Below are positions 34,866 through 50,000 of a stretch of DNA of 64,000 bases, piece by piece. A program made the position numbers and the translations under genes. The notes under the pieces are model-generated. The model was not told the origin of the DNA and did no database searches. It saw only the letters and a list, made by a program, of their open reading frames with translations. The stretch comes from Chrysomallon squamiferum (lineage: Eukaryota; Animalia; Mollusca): the NCBI GenBank assembly GCA_012295275.1, contig CM022665.1, positions 3,286,001 through 3,350,000 on the forward strand, read 5' to 3'. Each line of letters begins with the position of its first letter. Position 1 is the stretch's first letter.

Positions 34866-37800
34866 ATGACTAAGGATGGGGATGTCATGTCCAGTCCTGA
34901 TGTTGTCATGGGAATAGTAACCAGTGGAGCCAGTGCTGAAGGACTGATGACCATTCCAATTAACACTTGCACTCTTGTATCAAGAGATGAACATGGCAGT
35001 GATGTGTGTGGAATTAGTGGAGCATGCTCTATGGGCAACATCCAAACACTAGGTCTGAACAACTTTTTTCTCCTATATCGAATTGCTGTTAATGTTAAGA
35101 ACACTTGTTTTTACAGAGTTTTGAATGTTTATTGCAATAATCAGATGTTCCATAGACTTAAATTGGTAGGGGGGGGGAGTTTATTTTTAAAATTATTTTT
35201 AATAATTTGATTTTTGAATGTTTACTGCCATAATTAGATGGTGCATACACTGCATTGGGGGGGGGGAATTATTTGAATATGATTATTTTTAAAATGTTTA
35301 AATCTGAAAACTGTGTCTGAAAAATAACGCTCTTGTTACCAAGTGTTACATTTAAAACATTGTTCAGCAATTTAAATTTCTCATCATGCACAGTTCTTCA
35401 TTAAGAGTTATTTGTTAACAGCTGTTAATACCACTTAATATAACAATTATTATTTTAGGAATCACTATCATCTTCAAAAATTCCTATTTGCATTTTCACA
35501 TGTTTTTTTTCCTGTGATGGATGTAAACTATAGGACTTTTGACTAATTGTGAACATAGCATAGGAACATTTTTTAAAGAACAGATAACAGGAACGTAACC
35601 CCATTAGGTTGTGTGGAGCTGTTTGCCTGGTGATGTTTTCCTAAGAATATTTTGTTGTGGATTTTTCTGTTTTTGAACCACGTTTTGCATTTATAAATAA
35701 TATGTCAAAAATGAAGAAGAGTTCTTTGTTTAGTATTAACATTTTTTAAATATAATTAAAACTGTTACACAATTTTATTTTCTGTAGGTGCATTTAAGTC
35801 TGACACAACTGCACTGCAGTGTCTCCTAGCTGCACCTATCTCAGCACCTCAGATTGTAGGAAATCCTGAAGCCATTCAAGTGATTACAATGCCAGCACCA
35901 ACAGACGGAATAGCTAGGATTTGGCAGGTTATTCGCAATCCTGACAATCCTGAAATTGCTGCACTCATTGCTGTAAATAATCCAGGAGAATATCTGCCAA
36001 AATCAGAAGGTAATGGTAAATGATGGTTTTTGTAAACCCAGGCTTACACATTCTTTACCAGTCTTTTTAATACAACTATTTCATTTAATATTTTTACCCC
36101 AAACAATTTTGTTTTTTTTGCTTTAATGTCTGAAATGTTCTTATTCTGTCTTTTACCAAACATTTGATTTGTGTTGTTTGTTTATTAATTTATTTATCTT
36201 CTGTTAGAAAATAAATATTTATTTATTGTATAATTTCTTTTAAAATTAATGATTATTATTATTATTTTTTTTTCTTCAGGTGTATTAGGGTCAGGTTAGT
36301 ATTTAATATCATTTCATATGCATAGCAATCTCTGTGTTTGGCCTTTAATTATTTCTTTTACCTGAATACATTTTGTTGTTAAAGATCACTAGATTTTATT
36401 TTAGAACAAAATTAAATCTTTGTTTTTTGTTTTTCTTATTTCAGATGGAAATGCACAGTTTGTTGCTGAAGGTTTGCAGGGTGGGGAGGTGATGACTGAA
36501 TCTCAGGCAACTGTGTTGATGCCTCCACCCCCACCCCCACCTCCCCAGCAGCAGGTTCTTCCCACTGACTTTCCTGCTTGGGCTTTAAAGTTAAAAAATT
36601 GTGAGGTGTGTTCCATTTTTCTTGTACCTTACATGAGAACTTCAACTGATGTAAATTTTGTACATTTTTTTTTTGTATATTAAATGAAAATTTTAACTGA
36701 TTTAAGGCTAGAATTTAATATTTTTGTAAAAGCATTTTTGCTGATATAAATATTAAAGATAAATCTGCTATCTAACAAAGTTATGTACTTTTGATATTTA
36801 CTGTATGAATTTTAAAATTAAATAATCTTCACTTGATATTTGGATTGATTTATACATACTTAAGATTGTTTGCATAACAGTTTTGTTTAGTTTATGAATA
36901 TTAATAACAATTTTATTGATGAAAAAAAGTGTTGAAACAATGGGAGTATGCAGAAAGAATTAATTTAAATGTTCTAATAACGTACCAGTTTAGAAGAAAA
37001 CAATTCATTTGCCTGTTCTCACTGTTTCTCTTTGTTTTAGAAAATTGGCGATTCTTATCGTGGGTATGTTGAGAATGAAGTGGAACTTGACCAGCTGTTG
37101 ACTCTACACAAGCAGCAAACAGCAAGTTTCTGGGGAACACGCCAGTCACCCAGCCCAGCTAAACCATCAACAAGACTGATGTGGAAGTCACAGTATGTGC
37201 CGTTTGACGGAATGCCTTTTGTTAATGCTGGTACGTCTTGCTCTAGTTCACACAGAAAAATACATTCTCCATTAAATGTTTTGTACAATGATTTGTTAAC
37301 CAAGTTAGTGATTTTTAGCTGAATTTTAATTCCATTTAACTCAACTGAATAGTATATACCAAATATTAAATATAAATAAAATATTCCATTTATAAAGAAG
37401 TATTTCAGTATCAGGAACCTTTGTTTTTGAGCTGTTTTCTAGATCAGCTGTCAGCTGTTTGACGTGCAGCTTTCATCTTGATGAAGGAGATTACTTTGTC
37501 CTCCATGGCCAGACTCTTGAGTTCAGGTGTTTTTTTTTTTAATTTAAAAAACCAAAAACAAATATCCACAGAAGGCAATACAAGAAATTCCAAACTATCC
37601 TATTTGTTATTTTCTGAAATCAGTTGTCATTTACTGAACAGAAATATATATATAACACACATTTTCCCTGTTACCGAGATGGCTTGTTTGAACATTAATG
37701 ATTGTTTTATATTATTGTTTTAGGAAGCAGGGCAGTTGTGCAGGAATGTCAGTATGGACCAAGAAGAAAAGGTAATCCATACAAAAAAACAGTGGAAGAT

Positions 37801-40800
37801 AACTCCAAGGTTTATAAACAGACATGCCCTGCTCGGTGAGTTACACTTTAATTTACTGAAATTTAATTTATTTATTTCTCATTTGTTTGATCTAATTATG
37901 GATTTCATTATAACAGTATTTTGTATTTAAAAAAAAAAGAAAAAAAGATGTACTGTATCAAATCAGTAAGTAATAAAAATCAATAAGCATTTCTGAAAGT
38001 TAGTTCTGTCATTCACATTTCTGTTTGGAAACAATATTCAGAAATATAAAATTTTAATACAAGCGTTTATTCATCAGAATCTACATTAAGAAAGTGAAGA
38101 AATTTCCAGAATTTGCTGTTGATCTGAATGTTGATAAGAGATCACTAAAGATTGCAATGGATAAAGCTTTTCAGGAATTGAAGGACCGAGGTATTCCAGA
38201 CAGCTATGGTGAAGAAAGGTATTTATAACCAGCTGTGTAATAATATTTTATCTGTTAGTTTGTTATTTACAAAAAACATTTCTCATAAGTTATTTAATAA
38301 TTGTGTTCACAAAAATCTTAATTTCAGTTTTTATAATTATTTGGAATATTAGACTAAATTTTTATATATATATGTATATATTGTTCATTGTAGGTATTAT
38401 ATTCAGCTTCCAACAGAAAATGCTCACGAATTTCATGATGAACCTGTCTCTGCACCTGTGGCAGCAGCTCCTAAATACACACCAAATTTAGAAGTAATGA
38501 AAGAGGAGACAGATTTACCAAGCAGACGTTTGCATCCCCAGGTTGCCAAGAAGATCAGGGAGTTGGTTGCTGGTGGAGAGACCAAGGTTTATAATATTCG
38601 ACGACAACTCAGGTAGGCTGTGATGTTGCTAACATCATCATTCATCAGTGTTGTCATTACCCTGTGTATATGTGGAAGTGAGGTTTGGTTTGTTGTTAAG
38701 TCTTTGAGTGTTGGTATGATTCTCAAAACTCAATTGTTGAAAGGAAATAAATTATATTTGAAGAAACCATGTTATCTTAGTCAGTGGTGTTTATGCAGGC
38801 TTGTTGTCATGTTGGGTGAAAGTCTTAGCATGCAGTTTCCATAACCGTGTGCTGTCCTCAGCCAGATGACTGCTTTCCAGTACTCATCCAGTTTGTCTCT
38901 TTGTCAGCTGGCTGGTCTTCCCCTAAATAATTTCCCTTCACATCTAGTGGTGTAGTTATTATTAATGATATTCAGACAAAATGTTGCCAAACTCTGTTGA
39001 ACTATTTTTGTTTGAAAAATAAAGTATTATACTGAATTATTCACTATGCCAGTAATTAATAAATATATTTTTTTTACAAGTATACTGGTTTCCAGAGATC
39101 CTTTCTTTTTTCTTTTTTTTTCTTTTGTTTCAAATTCTGTTTCAAATTTACACTTCTTATATTTATGAGAAATAATTGGTGTAATGTAAAGACTATTATT
39201 TTTATTATAATAAACCATTCTTTTTGTTTAATTTTTTTCGTTTTGTCAATGAATAGAATCAAAAGAAGAAAATAAGTTTTAATTATATTTCAGAATGTTT
39301 GTTATGCGAGAGGTTTGTCATGGAAATGTACCTGAGCGTCATGATCTCACTTTGTTCCCGACTATTAATGATCTCAAAAATCACATTCACCAAGCACTGC
39401 GTGACATTGAAAATGGAACACTGCCCCTTACAGCCTCAACTGTAATTTTATCTCTATTCATTCATTTCTATTATTTATTTATTTGTTTGTTTGTATACTT
39501 ATTTATTTATTTATTTATTTTGATTAAGAAAATTATTTCTTCAGATAGCATAATACCTCTGTTTAAGAAGAAAATATTAAAATTATTTTACTAGTAAATT
39601 ACTTTGTTCAGCTTTATTAAAACAGACATGGATATGAACCAGTAATGTGTCAGAAAGCAAATCAAGGTTGTGAGTTTAAAGCAAAAAATTTCAAAAAAGT
39701 TTCTCTTAAATTTCTGACAAATAATTTTAATACAATACTGAATGGAACAAAAAAAAAAAAAAAACTTGACAACCCCCCCCCACTGATTATGCCACCTTTG
39801 CATTGTTGTTTTATAATAATCAACCTGATTATTTGTTAATTTTTATTATAAGTTAAATGTAGAGATAATAACTACACACGACAAAAGTGGATCATCTAAT
39901 TCCAATCCTGACTTTGAACACTCAGATCCAACTATGTGGGTTGGTATGCCTTTATCTCAGGATGCTCCAGTACCAGAAACTGTCACTGTTACACTGACAC
40001 AGAATCCAGAGGAAGGTAATCAACACACTTTACAAATGTTTTGTCTTTTGAAATAACAGTTTGGCTGTGACCAGAAATATTTTGGTAAATCTGAATTTTA
40101 TTTATGTTTTTTTTTGGTATTTTTTTCCTCTTTCTGTTGGTTTAGACAAAAATGTTTGGTTTTTTTATAAATTATATTTTGTTTAATTTTCTTACGATAA
40201 CAGATAATAAAGATTTGCAATACATTAAAAGAAACAAAAAAACCAACAAACCAAAAAAAAAATAAACATAGTGGTCAAGATTTATATGTGCATATTAAAC
40301 TGACAGGTAATACAATAACTTGGCCTTTATAAATATATATATATATATATATATATGTTTTTTTTCTTTATTTCAGATGGACATCATATTGTTTCACGTA
40401 TAGAAACACATCTTAGTGATGGCACAACCCAAGTCAGTACAACATTAACACCTGAAACAGCTCAGTTACTTTCTAAACTTCACCCAGGCATGTTTCCAGC
40501 TGGCAGTCTATTACAGGTATACATTTTTTACTTTCTGCTCGTTTACTCACCATTTACTCTGTTAGAAAATAGTGCCACACATGATTTGAATGTTTGGTTA
40601 ATGTTTATTAGGAAGAGATAAAATTTCAATAATTAGACAAAACTTGTTTATAGTGCACTTGAAAAAAACAACAAAAAAAACATGTCTAGCAAAATATTAC
40701 AGGTTTTGATCTTCAGCAAAAATACTTCGAAAGTTTACGAAATGTTTCTTTGTTTGTATTATTCAGCTCACTCCAGCAGCAGTGACCCATCTACAACCCA

Positions 40801-41374
40801 ATACCCAGCAGATCATTGTCACTGATGAAATGACTAATGGTGCCATAGCTCAAGTGAGTGAAATGGAAACACAGCCACAAGACAGCAGTGCACTGGATTC
40901 TGGTGCAACTCTCCATGTTGTAGACAGCTCTATGATAAACTCTGACACAACAGATGAACAAAATAACCTTGCCATTTCTATGGCAATACGTAAGCACAAT
41001 TTTAATTGTAAAATATATGTTTGTTTTTTTGTTGTGTGGATTGTTTTCATGAAATGAGTCCAGTTTAATCTTAATTTCTAAGCTTCATCTGATGCCTTAA
41101 TTATATTAGTCCTGAACTAGAGAAAATTGATTCAAAATGAGAATCGTTTTTGATATCATTTATTTTTATTATCTGAACTGAAATAAATATATATACTGTT
41201 GAAATAAAACTGATAAGACTGAAATTTCGTAAATTTTCAAAATTATTCACCTTTGAATTTCAAAACTTTTTGTTTTGTTTATAACTTTAAGAATTATTTA
41301 TTGTTTCAGGTGAACATGAATTAGAACAGTTGGATTCAGGTATTTCAGAACAAGACATTTCACTGGATGCTTAA
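34866..41374 (+). CDS. CARF: Calcium-responsive transcription factor CaRF (ALS2CR8)
   Basis: Exons 34866-35052, 35788-36009, 36280-36294, 36445-36605, 37041-37230, 37724-37835, 38078-38218, 38394-38612, 39294-39441, 39853-40015, 40377-40516, 40767-40989, 41310-41374. [11 protein letters not shown]...[55 protein letters not shown] is near-identical to recalled vertebrate CARF. Confidence 0.95.
38791..38960 (-). mobile_element. 3' tail remnant of an RTE-clade LINE in a CARF intron
   Basis: Minus strand [29 protein letters not shown] / [17 protein letters not shown] resembles the RTE ORF C-terminus (GKRSRGRP.RRWRDELD.YW...IWQR.AQDR..WK.HAEAFAQ). Confidence 0.7.
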
Positions 41375-44300
41375 CAACAAATTAATATTTTGTCTAATAT
41401 ATATATATGTATAAATATTTATATATATATAAAACAATTTGTATCGTATGATACGTAAGTGCTCACATGGAATCCTACAAACACATGCACACATTTCCAA
41501 AATATTTAAGGTGATAAATATGCATATATTTCACTTAAAGGGCATTTCAAACAGCACGTGTACACACAGTACACAATTTAAGATATGAAGAGAAAAAATG
41601 TTTCTATAAATTTCTGAGCTGAATTAAAAGCGAAAAGTAGAACAAAATATTATTAGAAAACATATTTACGATTCGTGATTCAAGTAATTCCTAGTGTGAT
41701 CCAAGTATGTAATTTAGTGGTGTTACCAAGCCACTCAGTCTTTGATGTTACAGGTTTACTGAGCAGTTTAATCCTTCGTGCTCCACACAATCAGATTATT
41801 AGTAACATCCAAACCTTTAAGTGTATTGAACCTGGCAGAGATGTATTGAAATTTCCATCAATCACTCAAATGTTATAAAAAAAAAAATTAAAGACGTAAT
41901 TGATGAGTGTGGAGGTTTATCAAGTTCACGATTACACACACAAATATGCATGCACAAACCCAGACAAATTTTAATATGAGATTATTTTATGGAGATGACA
42001 CAGTGAAGTTCATTATATCTGTGATGATGATAAAAGATTCAGGATAAAGCAGTATTTGTATGAGATACAGGAAACTATCTGTTAATCTTGGAATAATGAA
42101 GTATTTATAACCAATTAAAGATGGAAATAAATTACAAATATTAATATGACTTACATTTTGTACAGTTGTTGAAATTTCTCAAAACTGCCAAATACATATA
42201 AATGTTTTCTTAGCTTTCCAACTTGTTTCAGCTTTACATAACATCAGTTACTTCCATCTCACATTGTTGTTAATAATTTGTTTACTTTTTGGGTGTGTTA
42301 CTGAAAGTTGTTTATTACATTTATTTAATTATCCAGTTGCATTTTCATGTTACCCTTGCAGTTTGTATTTTTAAAATAAAAAATGAAAATTAAACATTAG
42401 GATTATTGAACATTTTAAAGCTTTGATGTATATATTATTTGACTCGGTATTTTATCTGTTGTTTGGTGCATTTCCTTTCATATGTGCACTGAAAGAAAAA
42501 ATGTAGAAACATGGATGTTAAGAAATGTAATTAAAATAGTTATAACATTTCTGAAAAAAACAAAAACTGTTTATGACTGTTTATCATTTCTAATTTTTCA
42601 TGATTTATATAGATTAAATAATACCTACCATTATGGTGGTACTCAATATTTTAAAACATTTTTATTTTTTTATTTTGTATTTATTTTCATTTTATTTCCT
42701 TGCTCCATTTTTGGAACTGGTAGACTAAAAAAAAAAAAAAAATCTAACATGCTAAGATTTTCTGTTTTCACAGAATATTTTGTTTTGTTTATGTAATATT
42801 TATTGTTGTGACTGAAAACCTTTGTGATATGTTTCAGGTTGTGTGATTTGGTTTTCCCTGATCCTTCAGTGAAGGACTATTTCATTTTTTTCTTTTTCAT
42901 CAGACTATATAAATAAATAAGTAAATAAATAAATTAATTTTATGAATGGTTTTGTTTTGCTGCAGTAATCAGTTTGGTTAAATGTACTGTTTCAGATTGG
43001 TGCTATAGTAATTGACAGTGCAATATTAAAATGGCTTTGCAGAATCATTACCTGATAGATTTGAACATCATAAATATCTATAATATTATTCAAAACATTT
43101 TTCTTTTTTCCTCAGAGTTTAAAATTAATATTACATGACATTTACTTGTAACTGAACATCTTTGTTTCGGCTGTATTTAACGACGAAATTTAAATGATCT
43201 ATATAATTATTCATAACTTTATTGGGTTTCTTAAGTTTCAAAACAAATTTTATTACAGAAATTATATTTTATCATTTTATTTTAAGTTTTCATTTTGAAA
43301 TTTACAACATAATTTGTTTTTCCTAAAACAAGTTGTAAATAGAGGGCTTAATGTTTTTGTTTTTTGGGGATCTTCATTTCTGTTATCTAAGACACAATGA
43401 AACGTTTAAATGTTGGAACTGATTTTATTATAATATAATGAATTTCAGTGTTATTATTGTTGATTGATGTATTTTGATTTTTCTTGTTTTTTACTGTTTG
43501 TATTATTTATAAAGCTGAGTAAAGTATTTGAAAAAGACATCTTTTTTTTTGTCTTTAAAATATTTGACATTTTTAGAGAGTATATAATGATTTTCTTATC
43601 TATAGTTACTGTTGGAAAAGCTTTTACAATGTCCACAAAACAACAAACAACTTTTTCATTAGGAATATTATGGTGTCTGTTACTTTCATTTTTGAAAACT
43701 CCAACCCCCACCATCCAAAAAAACCCCAACAATGTAACTAAAAATATGTAAAATCTAATGTGTGTAAAAATCATTTGAAATTTATATCCTTCAGTTCCAT
43801 TTGTTTTATTTCATGCTTACTGAAAAGAAAAAATTAAAACATCTGAAAATCCCAATATTTTATTGATTTTACACATATTATAGTTTCCCATAAATAACCA
43901 CCACTTAATATTGTATAATATACTTGTCTATGCAATTTTTATAACAGCATCATTAATTGCAAAATTTAATTTTCATGAAAGACATTTTGCTGTTCATAAG
44001 CAAGACATATTCTCTGATATCACATTAAATGTATTCTATACACTATTCAAATACATGCACATAATTATTATGTATGATAATAAGAAATGAAAAAAAAGTG
44101 CACATTTACTTGAACATACTTAAAGAAATAAATTCTTTACATTATTCTTCACCAATATGGTTTATCATTATTTACGGTTTTCTCATTCACAACCACTTAG
44201 TAATTCCCAGTATTCACTGAATGTACAAAAAAACAACAAAACAAAAAAAAAAACAAAAAAAAAAAAAAAAAAAAGTAAAACAATCTACGGTAAACCATTA

Positions 44301-45233
44301 AATAATTTAAAAGTTTGCATTATCTGACATTTTTGTTAACATGCTTAAATTTCACTACTTCCTTTAAAACCTAAAGCTTTTCTAAAACTAAAATATTCCA
44401 CATTTTGTCTTTATCAAGGCACTTTAGCAGTTATAATTTAAGTATACTGTACAAAATCAAATAACATTATCATGAGCGGTTTGAAATGGTCAAATCACTA
44501 ACATTTTCTTTATTATATGTAACTGTACATAAGTTCAACAGCTGTCGAGTAGAAGTGTATTTACTTAGCTAAAATTTAACATTTAAAAATGAATGTTCTA
44601 GAATAAATTTCTACCATCTGGTGAACATTCCTTCTTTGACTAACAATATGATCAGTCGGTTGAGGGGTCACAGCTGGAAAATTCTAAGCAATGACTTCTA
44701 AATGAAATATATTGTGACCTAATCATGCATCATTACATCAAATGTACAAGGACAAGAAATAAAATATAATTAAGTGGACTATATTTTAACATCTTTGCAG
44801 TTAAATGCATTCTCAAAAACAAATACACTCTTTACATTTATTTATATGTATCACAACTGCATTGAAAAATTATTACTGTTTTGTTGTAATTGTTTTTAAT
44901 CAATAAAATAAAAAATAAGTAATAAAAATACTGTAAAATGTAGCAAATATTTCACTTGGAAATAAACACTAACTTTTCATTCCTCATTGGAAAAGTGGTC
45001 TTCTTGTAAAAGAAAACCCCAGACATACTGGAATGTTAATAAAGATATCTCGTAATAAAATTTACATATGTATATGTGAACATGAACAGGCACTGACTTG
45101 CACAATGAAAAGACAAGAATGTATTGATAGTGGTCTTCTGAACCAATTTCCTGTTCCATCTTGTTCCCCAGTAATTTAGTATGACGAAGTGATACACTCC
45201 AAATACACACCACGTTCTTACAGTTCCTGACAG

Positions 45234-46400
45234 TTAAATGAAACCAGTGAAACAGGAGATGATGAGGATGTGGAGGAGGATGAAGTATGCCCACAGCAGA
45301 GTCCGAATCCCAGGACGTAGGCGCATCATTCGATTGAGTTGCCTGCTGGAAAAGTACAAGTATTCCCTGAAGTGAAAACAGATAACAGCAATTTTTACAA
45401 GCCTACTGGAAGGAAAGAACAAGTTCTAAAGCTGTTGTCATGCAGTGTTAAAAAAAAACAATTAAAACAAAAAAAAAATACATATGCTACCAATGAACAG
45501 TATTAATTTAATTTACTTTATTTAACTGAGTTAAAAATCTAGCAAATATGTGTTAACATTCAACAATTAGAACAAAACACAAATATATAAAAATTCAATT
45601 TTTTTTTTTTTATAGTTGCATAAATCATAATCAGAGAAAGTAGATACCCATACTTTTTTACATTCAGCCATCTCTGAAATCGTTGGCAATAACCAAAACC
45701 ATGACGAGCTGAAAATAAAACAAGTCAATGTTATTGTCAGTGTTTTCGTAAGTCTTTGTAATATTTGATAATTAAATACACTTTGGTAATGTAACAATAA
45801 ATTTATATACTTGCATACAATTACAGCTTAAAATTAATTTTGAAAGAGAATTTTAACATTATAAGCAAAGTAAAGGAAATGCAATAAGAGTAATAAAGCA
45901 AGTTAAAAATAAGAAAAACTTACTTAACATAGGACTGATTTCCCTTATTTTTGATTCTTCAAACTCTTCCATATCAAGTTTTACCTTGGAGTGAAAACGT
46001 GTAAATTATTATCACATCACAAAAATGCAGAAATACGTACAGGTAACATTATACTTCATTTACTTACAAATAAATTATTTAAAACCTTTTTGTGACACAT
46101 TTTAAGAAGTCTATTTTGTCCTAGACTTGCATTTAAATCATATTTATTTGGTACATACATATATTTTTTTTTAGTAAGATGTGATGTTTTAACAAAAATG
46201 TGAAAGAAATAAGTAAAATAAAAAAATTACCTCCTTCATGATTGACGAAGCTTGCAGCTGCAGCTGTTCCTGTAACTGACCAACCAGTTTCTCAATCTGA
46301 GTTCTTTGTTCCTTCTCTAGCACCAAACTCCTCTCTAACTCAGCACATTTCTTAGCAGCTAAATCTCTTTCTTGTTCCAAAGATTCAACTCTGAGAGGGG

Positions 46401-46431
<31 letters not shown>

Positions 46432-46963
46432 GGTTTCAATTAGTGAAAGAAATCACAAACGTTTTTCAGTAACTGCATTTAATTAGTTCAGGTGGTATTA
46501 ATGAGTAAATTCCAGTAAATAAAATAATTTTAAATTTTACAGTTCAAGCTAAATTAAATTACAGAGCTGATTTAAAACCTGAAATGATGAACAGAATAAT
46601 TCTTATTACTTATGCTTGTTAATATATGTGTGAGATAATGCAACTATGAAAGATAATTGTAAAAACAGATTGTTAAAAAAAAAAATAATAATAAATAATA
46701 ATAATAATAATTATCTCATACTTTTTCTTGCAAATTTTCAGTTCATCATCTTCTGGCGTTGTTACAACATGTGATGTCCTCTGAAGAGATTCACTCACTG
46801 ATCTTCTTTCTATTTCTGAAAACTGCAGTCATAAAGAAAAGGAAAATTCTGAGAACATTGTAACATTTGTTTTTATATGTAATACTTTCCTTGGTCAATC
46901 ACTCAAGTAAACATTTTGGTATTTAATTATTAATAATATAACAAACAAACAAACAATAATAAA

Positions 46964-47019
<56 letters not shown>

Positions 47020-50000
47020 GAACTTTTCCATGTGAAGCCAATAATTATTTAAAAATTGCAGAAGTAATAATAGGGTTTTTTCTTTTGTTTGTTTGATTTG
47101 TTTTGTTTATTTGTTTACACGTCATTGCCAGCAGTGACTATAGTTAATAATACTTTTTTCATTAACAACGACATTGATCATTGTATGTTCAAACTGTTTG
47201 TCATTTCAAAGAAACATTTATGTTACTTTGTAGCTCATTTTGTTTTTTGTCACCTTGAATAAATTATTTCTTCTGAACAAATTTATTTCTGGAGATATTT
47301 ATTTTAAATCATTTCTTATTCAAAGTAAAAAGCGTGTTAAATCCAGTTAATATTTTCTTACAGCAGCAACTACTATTTAAAACACAACAACCTGTTAGAA
47401 AATTTCAAAACTCGACTTATGATTACAAATGATCCTACAGCTTCTACTGAATAAATAATCATTAGTTAGTATATTACAAAAAAAATAAATCAACTGAATG
47501 ATTTAACTTTAGAACCTATTTTCGTTTCTTTTTTCTTTATAAAAATTAATCTTGTGTTAAGGACTCTTTAAACTATTCTGAATCTACCTACCTTCACTTG
47601 TGTGCTGAGGTGTGTTTGGTACAATTCACGATACTGCTGTTGCATGGCCAGACACTCTTGCTCTTTTTCTCGCAAAGACTTGGACAACTTGCCCAGCTGG
47701 AGGTTCAGGTAGCCTCTGTCTTCAGCCAACTGGCTCACCTTAAATACGACAGTTCTGATTAGTGACATGAATATCTCTGAGCTGCATGTTATTTACAAAC
47801 ATTATGACTTTTGTTGATGAGATAAAATGGCTAATTATTATTTCAGTTAGCGAGTTCCTGGGTTATTAATTCAGTTTAAGTAATTTCAGGATTTTTGTTT
47901 AAGTCAGATATTTCGAAATTCAAAAGGATGAATATAGGTGTTAGCTGTTCAAACCATATTCATTAAAGCTTTTATTTGTATCCTTCCATCTGTGAAATGA
48001 ACAGCACTTCATGTAATCTTTTTTCATTAATTTACCAAAATAAACCAATTTATCAGACAATTTCTTTTGTGTTATGCTTATTAAAACTTGACCAACCTGC
48101 ATTGCCAGCTGCTGACATCTTGCCTCACGTTGCTGTGTACTGTGTAGAGCCTGGTTCAATTCCAGCTGAACCTGGTTCTTCTCAACTAAAGCTTTCGAAA
48201 ACTGCTGCTGTAGTTTGTCGTATTCTGCCTGGAATTTTCCTGTTTGATCAGTTCCTGCTGCTGCTACATCTAGCTGTGCTCTCAGGGTTTTGTTGTCAAA
48301 CATCAGCTGCTGCAGCTTGGCTTCAGTTTGAGAGAGTTGTTGCTGTAGTTGTGAATTCTCCTCAGCCATTGATTTGCTTTGACCCTCAAGATCGTCTACT
48401 CTTCTTTGAAACACTTCTTTCTCTCTTTCCAGATGTTCTTTCTGTTCCACATTAAAACTGATCTCTCGACTCACTGTATTCAGTTCTTGGATTTTGTCGT
48501 TCAACTCTTCAATCTGATGAGCTAAACTGCTATTGTCTTTTAATACTTTGTTATACTGCTCATTCAACATGTTAAACTCTGCTTCTATTGACATAACAGA
48601 AGCCATTTTATTCCTCAACTCATTCTCATGACTTCTTAAGGTTTCAATTTCAGAAGCTGATTTTTCAAGCTCTTCTTTGTACGTTTGTTCAACATTCAGC
48701 AAATACTTGGTTTGTTGTTTTTGTTTTTCCAGTTCTTCAATAAGCTGACTAATGTATTGATTTTTACTGGCTAATTCTGATTCTATTTCTTTCAGTTTAG
48801 CATCAAATGAATCAACACGTTTATTCTGAGTAGTGGATAGCTCAAGCTCATTCTCCAGTATTTGTTTCTCCTTTTCAAGAGATGTATAACTGGTTTGCAA
48901 CAAACTCAGTTCTGTCCTTGTAGACTCAAGTTCTTCTTCATATGCTGAGGCTTCTTCAAGCTTCCAAGACAAACCATCAGTTTTATCTTTCAAGCTCTGA
49001 TTTTCATTCCTCAACTTTGTGAGTTCAAAGGTATTAACTTCAAGATCATTTTGCAGTGCTTCTGTTTCCATGACCTTCAAATTCAGATGACCAATTTCTT
49101 CTTTCAGTTCAGTATTTTCTCTTCTTATATTATCCAGTTCCTGGGATGTTTCACCGATTTCATTCTCAAGGGCACTCAGTTCCTGAATCTTCCAATTCAA
49201 GCCATCAATTGTTTCTTTCTGAGACTGTTTCTCTTTGTTTGCTAAAACTAAATCTTCTCGGAGTGCTTCAGTTTCTTCAACTAACTGATCCCTGTCAGAT
49301 TCAAGTGAAATAATTCTGTCTTGTAATTCAGCCATAGTAACTTGCTGTTCTTCAAATCTGGTCACCTTTTGAAGTAAAAGTTGTTTTTCTTCATTGACAG
49401 AATTTAGTTCTTCTTTAACTCTATTATTTTCTTCTTCAACAGAAGATAATTTTGTTTCAAGGTCATTTATAATTCCTGAATGCTGCTCACTGACAGCTAA
49501 ATCTTCTCGTTGTTTGGAAAGAAAAAGTTTGCTTTCTTCAAGTTCTTTTTTCAGTTGTTCGTTATCTTCTTTAAGGCTCTGAATAATATTCTGAAACTCA
49601 CTGTTATCTGTAAGAAGCATGTTATAATGGTTTTGCTGATCTTTCAGTTTGTTTTGTGTACTGTGCAGTTCTTGCTCCAGTGTTTCGTAACGAGTCAAAG
49701 TCTCTTGAACCTGTTCTTGTTCTTTCTCAAGAGAAGCCCTCAGATTATTTAGTTCTCTTTCTAACTGATCTGCTTTTTGTTTCTCAGAGTCTCTTTCATT
49801 TTCAATCTCACTAAGAGCTCTGTCACTGTAACGAGCTTCGTGCATTTGCTGAGCTTCATCAACCTGTACTTGAAGTTTTGATTTTAAGCGTTCAACTTCA
49901 GCACTAAGTCTATGAACTTTGTCATTCATGTCGACATTATCATGATACAAACGTGAATTGTCAATTTCCATTTTATGGAGTTGCTCTTGTAAATGCTGTC

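Noticed and set aside
41675-43774. ORFs downstream of CARF
   Set aside because: AT-rich 3' UTR or intergenic sequence without splice support or recognisable motifs.
45567-45797. ORF-track frame SSWFWLLPTISEMAECKKVW
   Set aside because: Wrong frame; splice phases require RHGFGYCQRFQRWLNVKKYG for exon 45708-45648.
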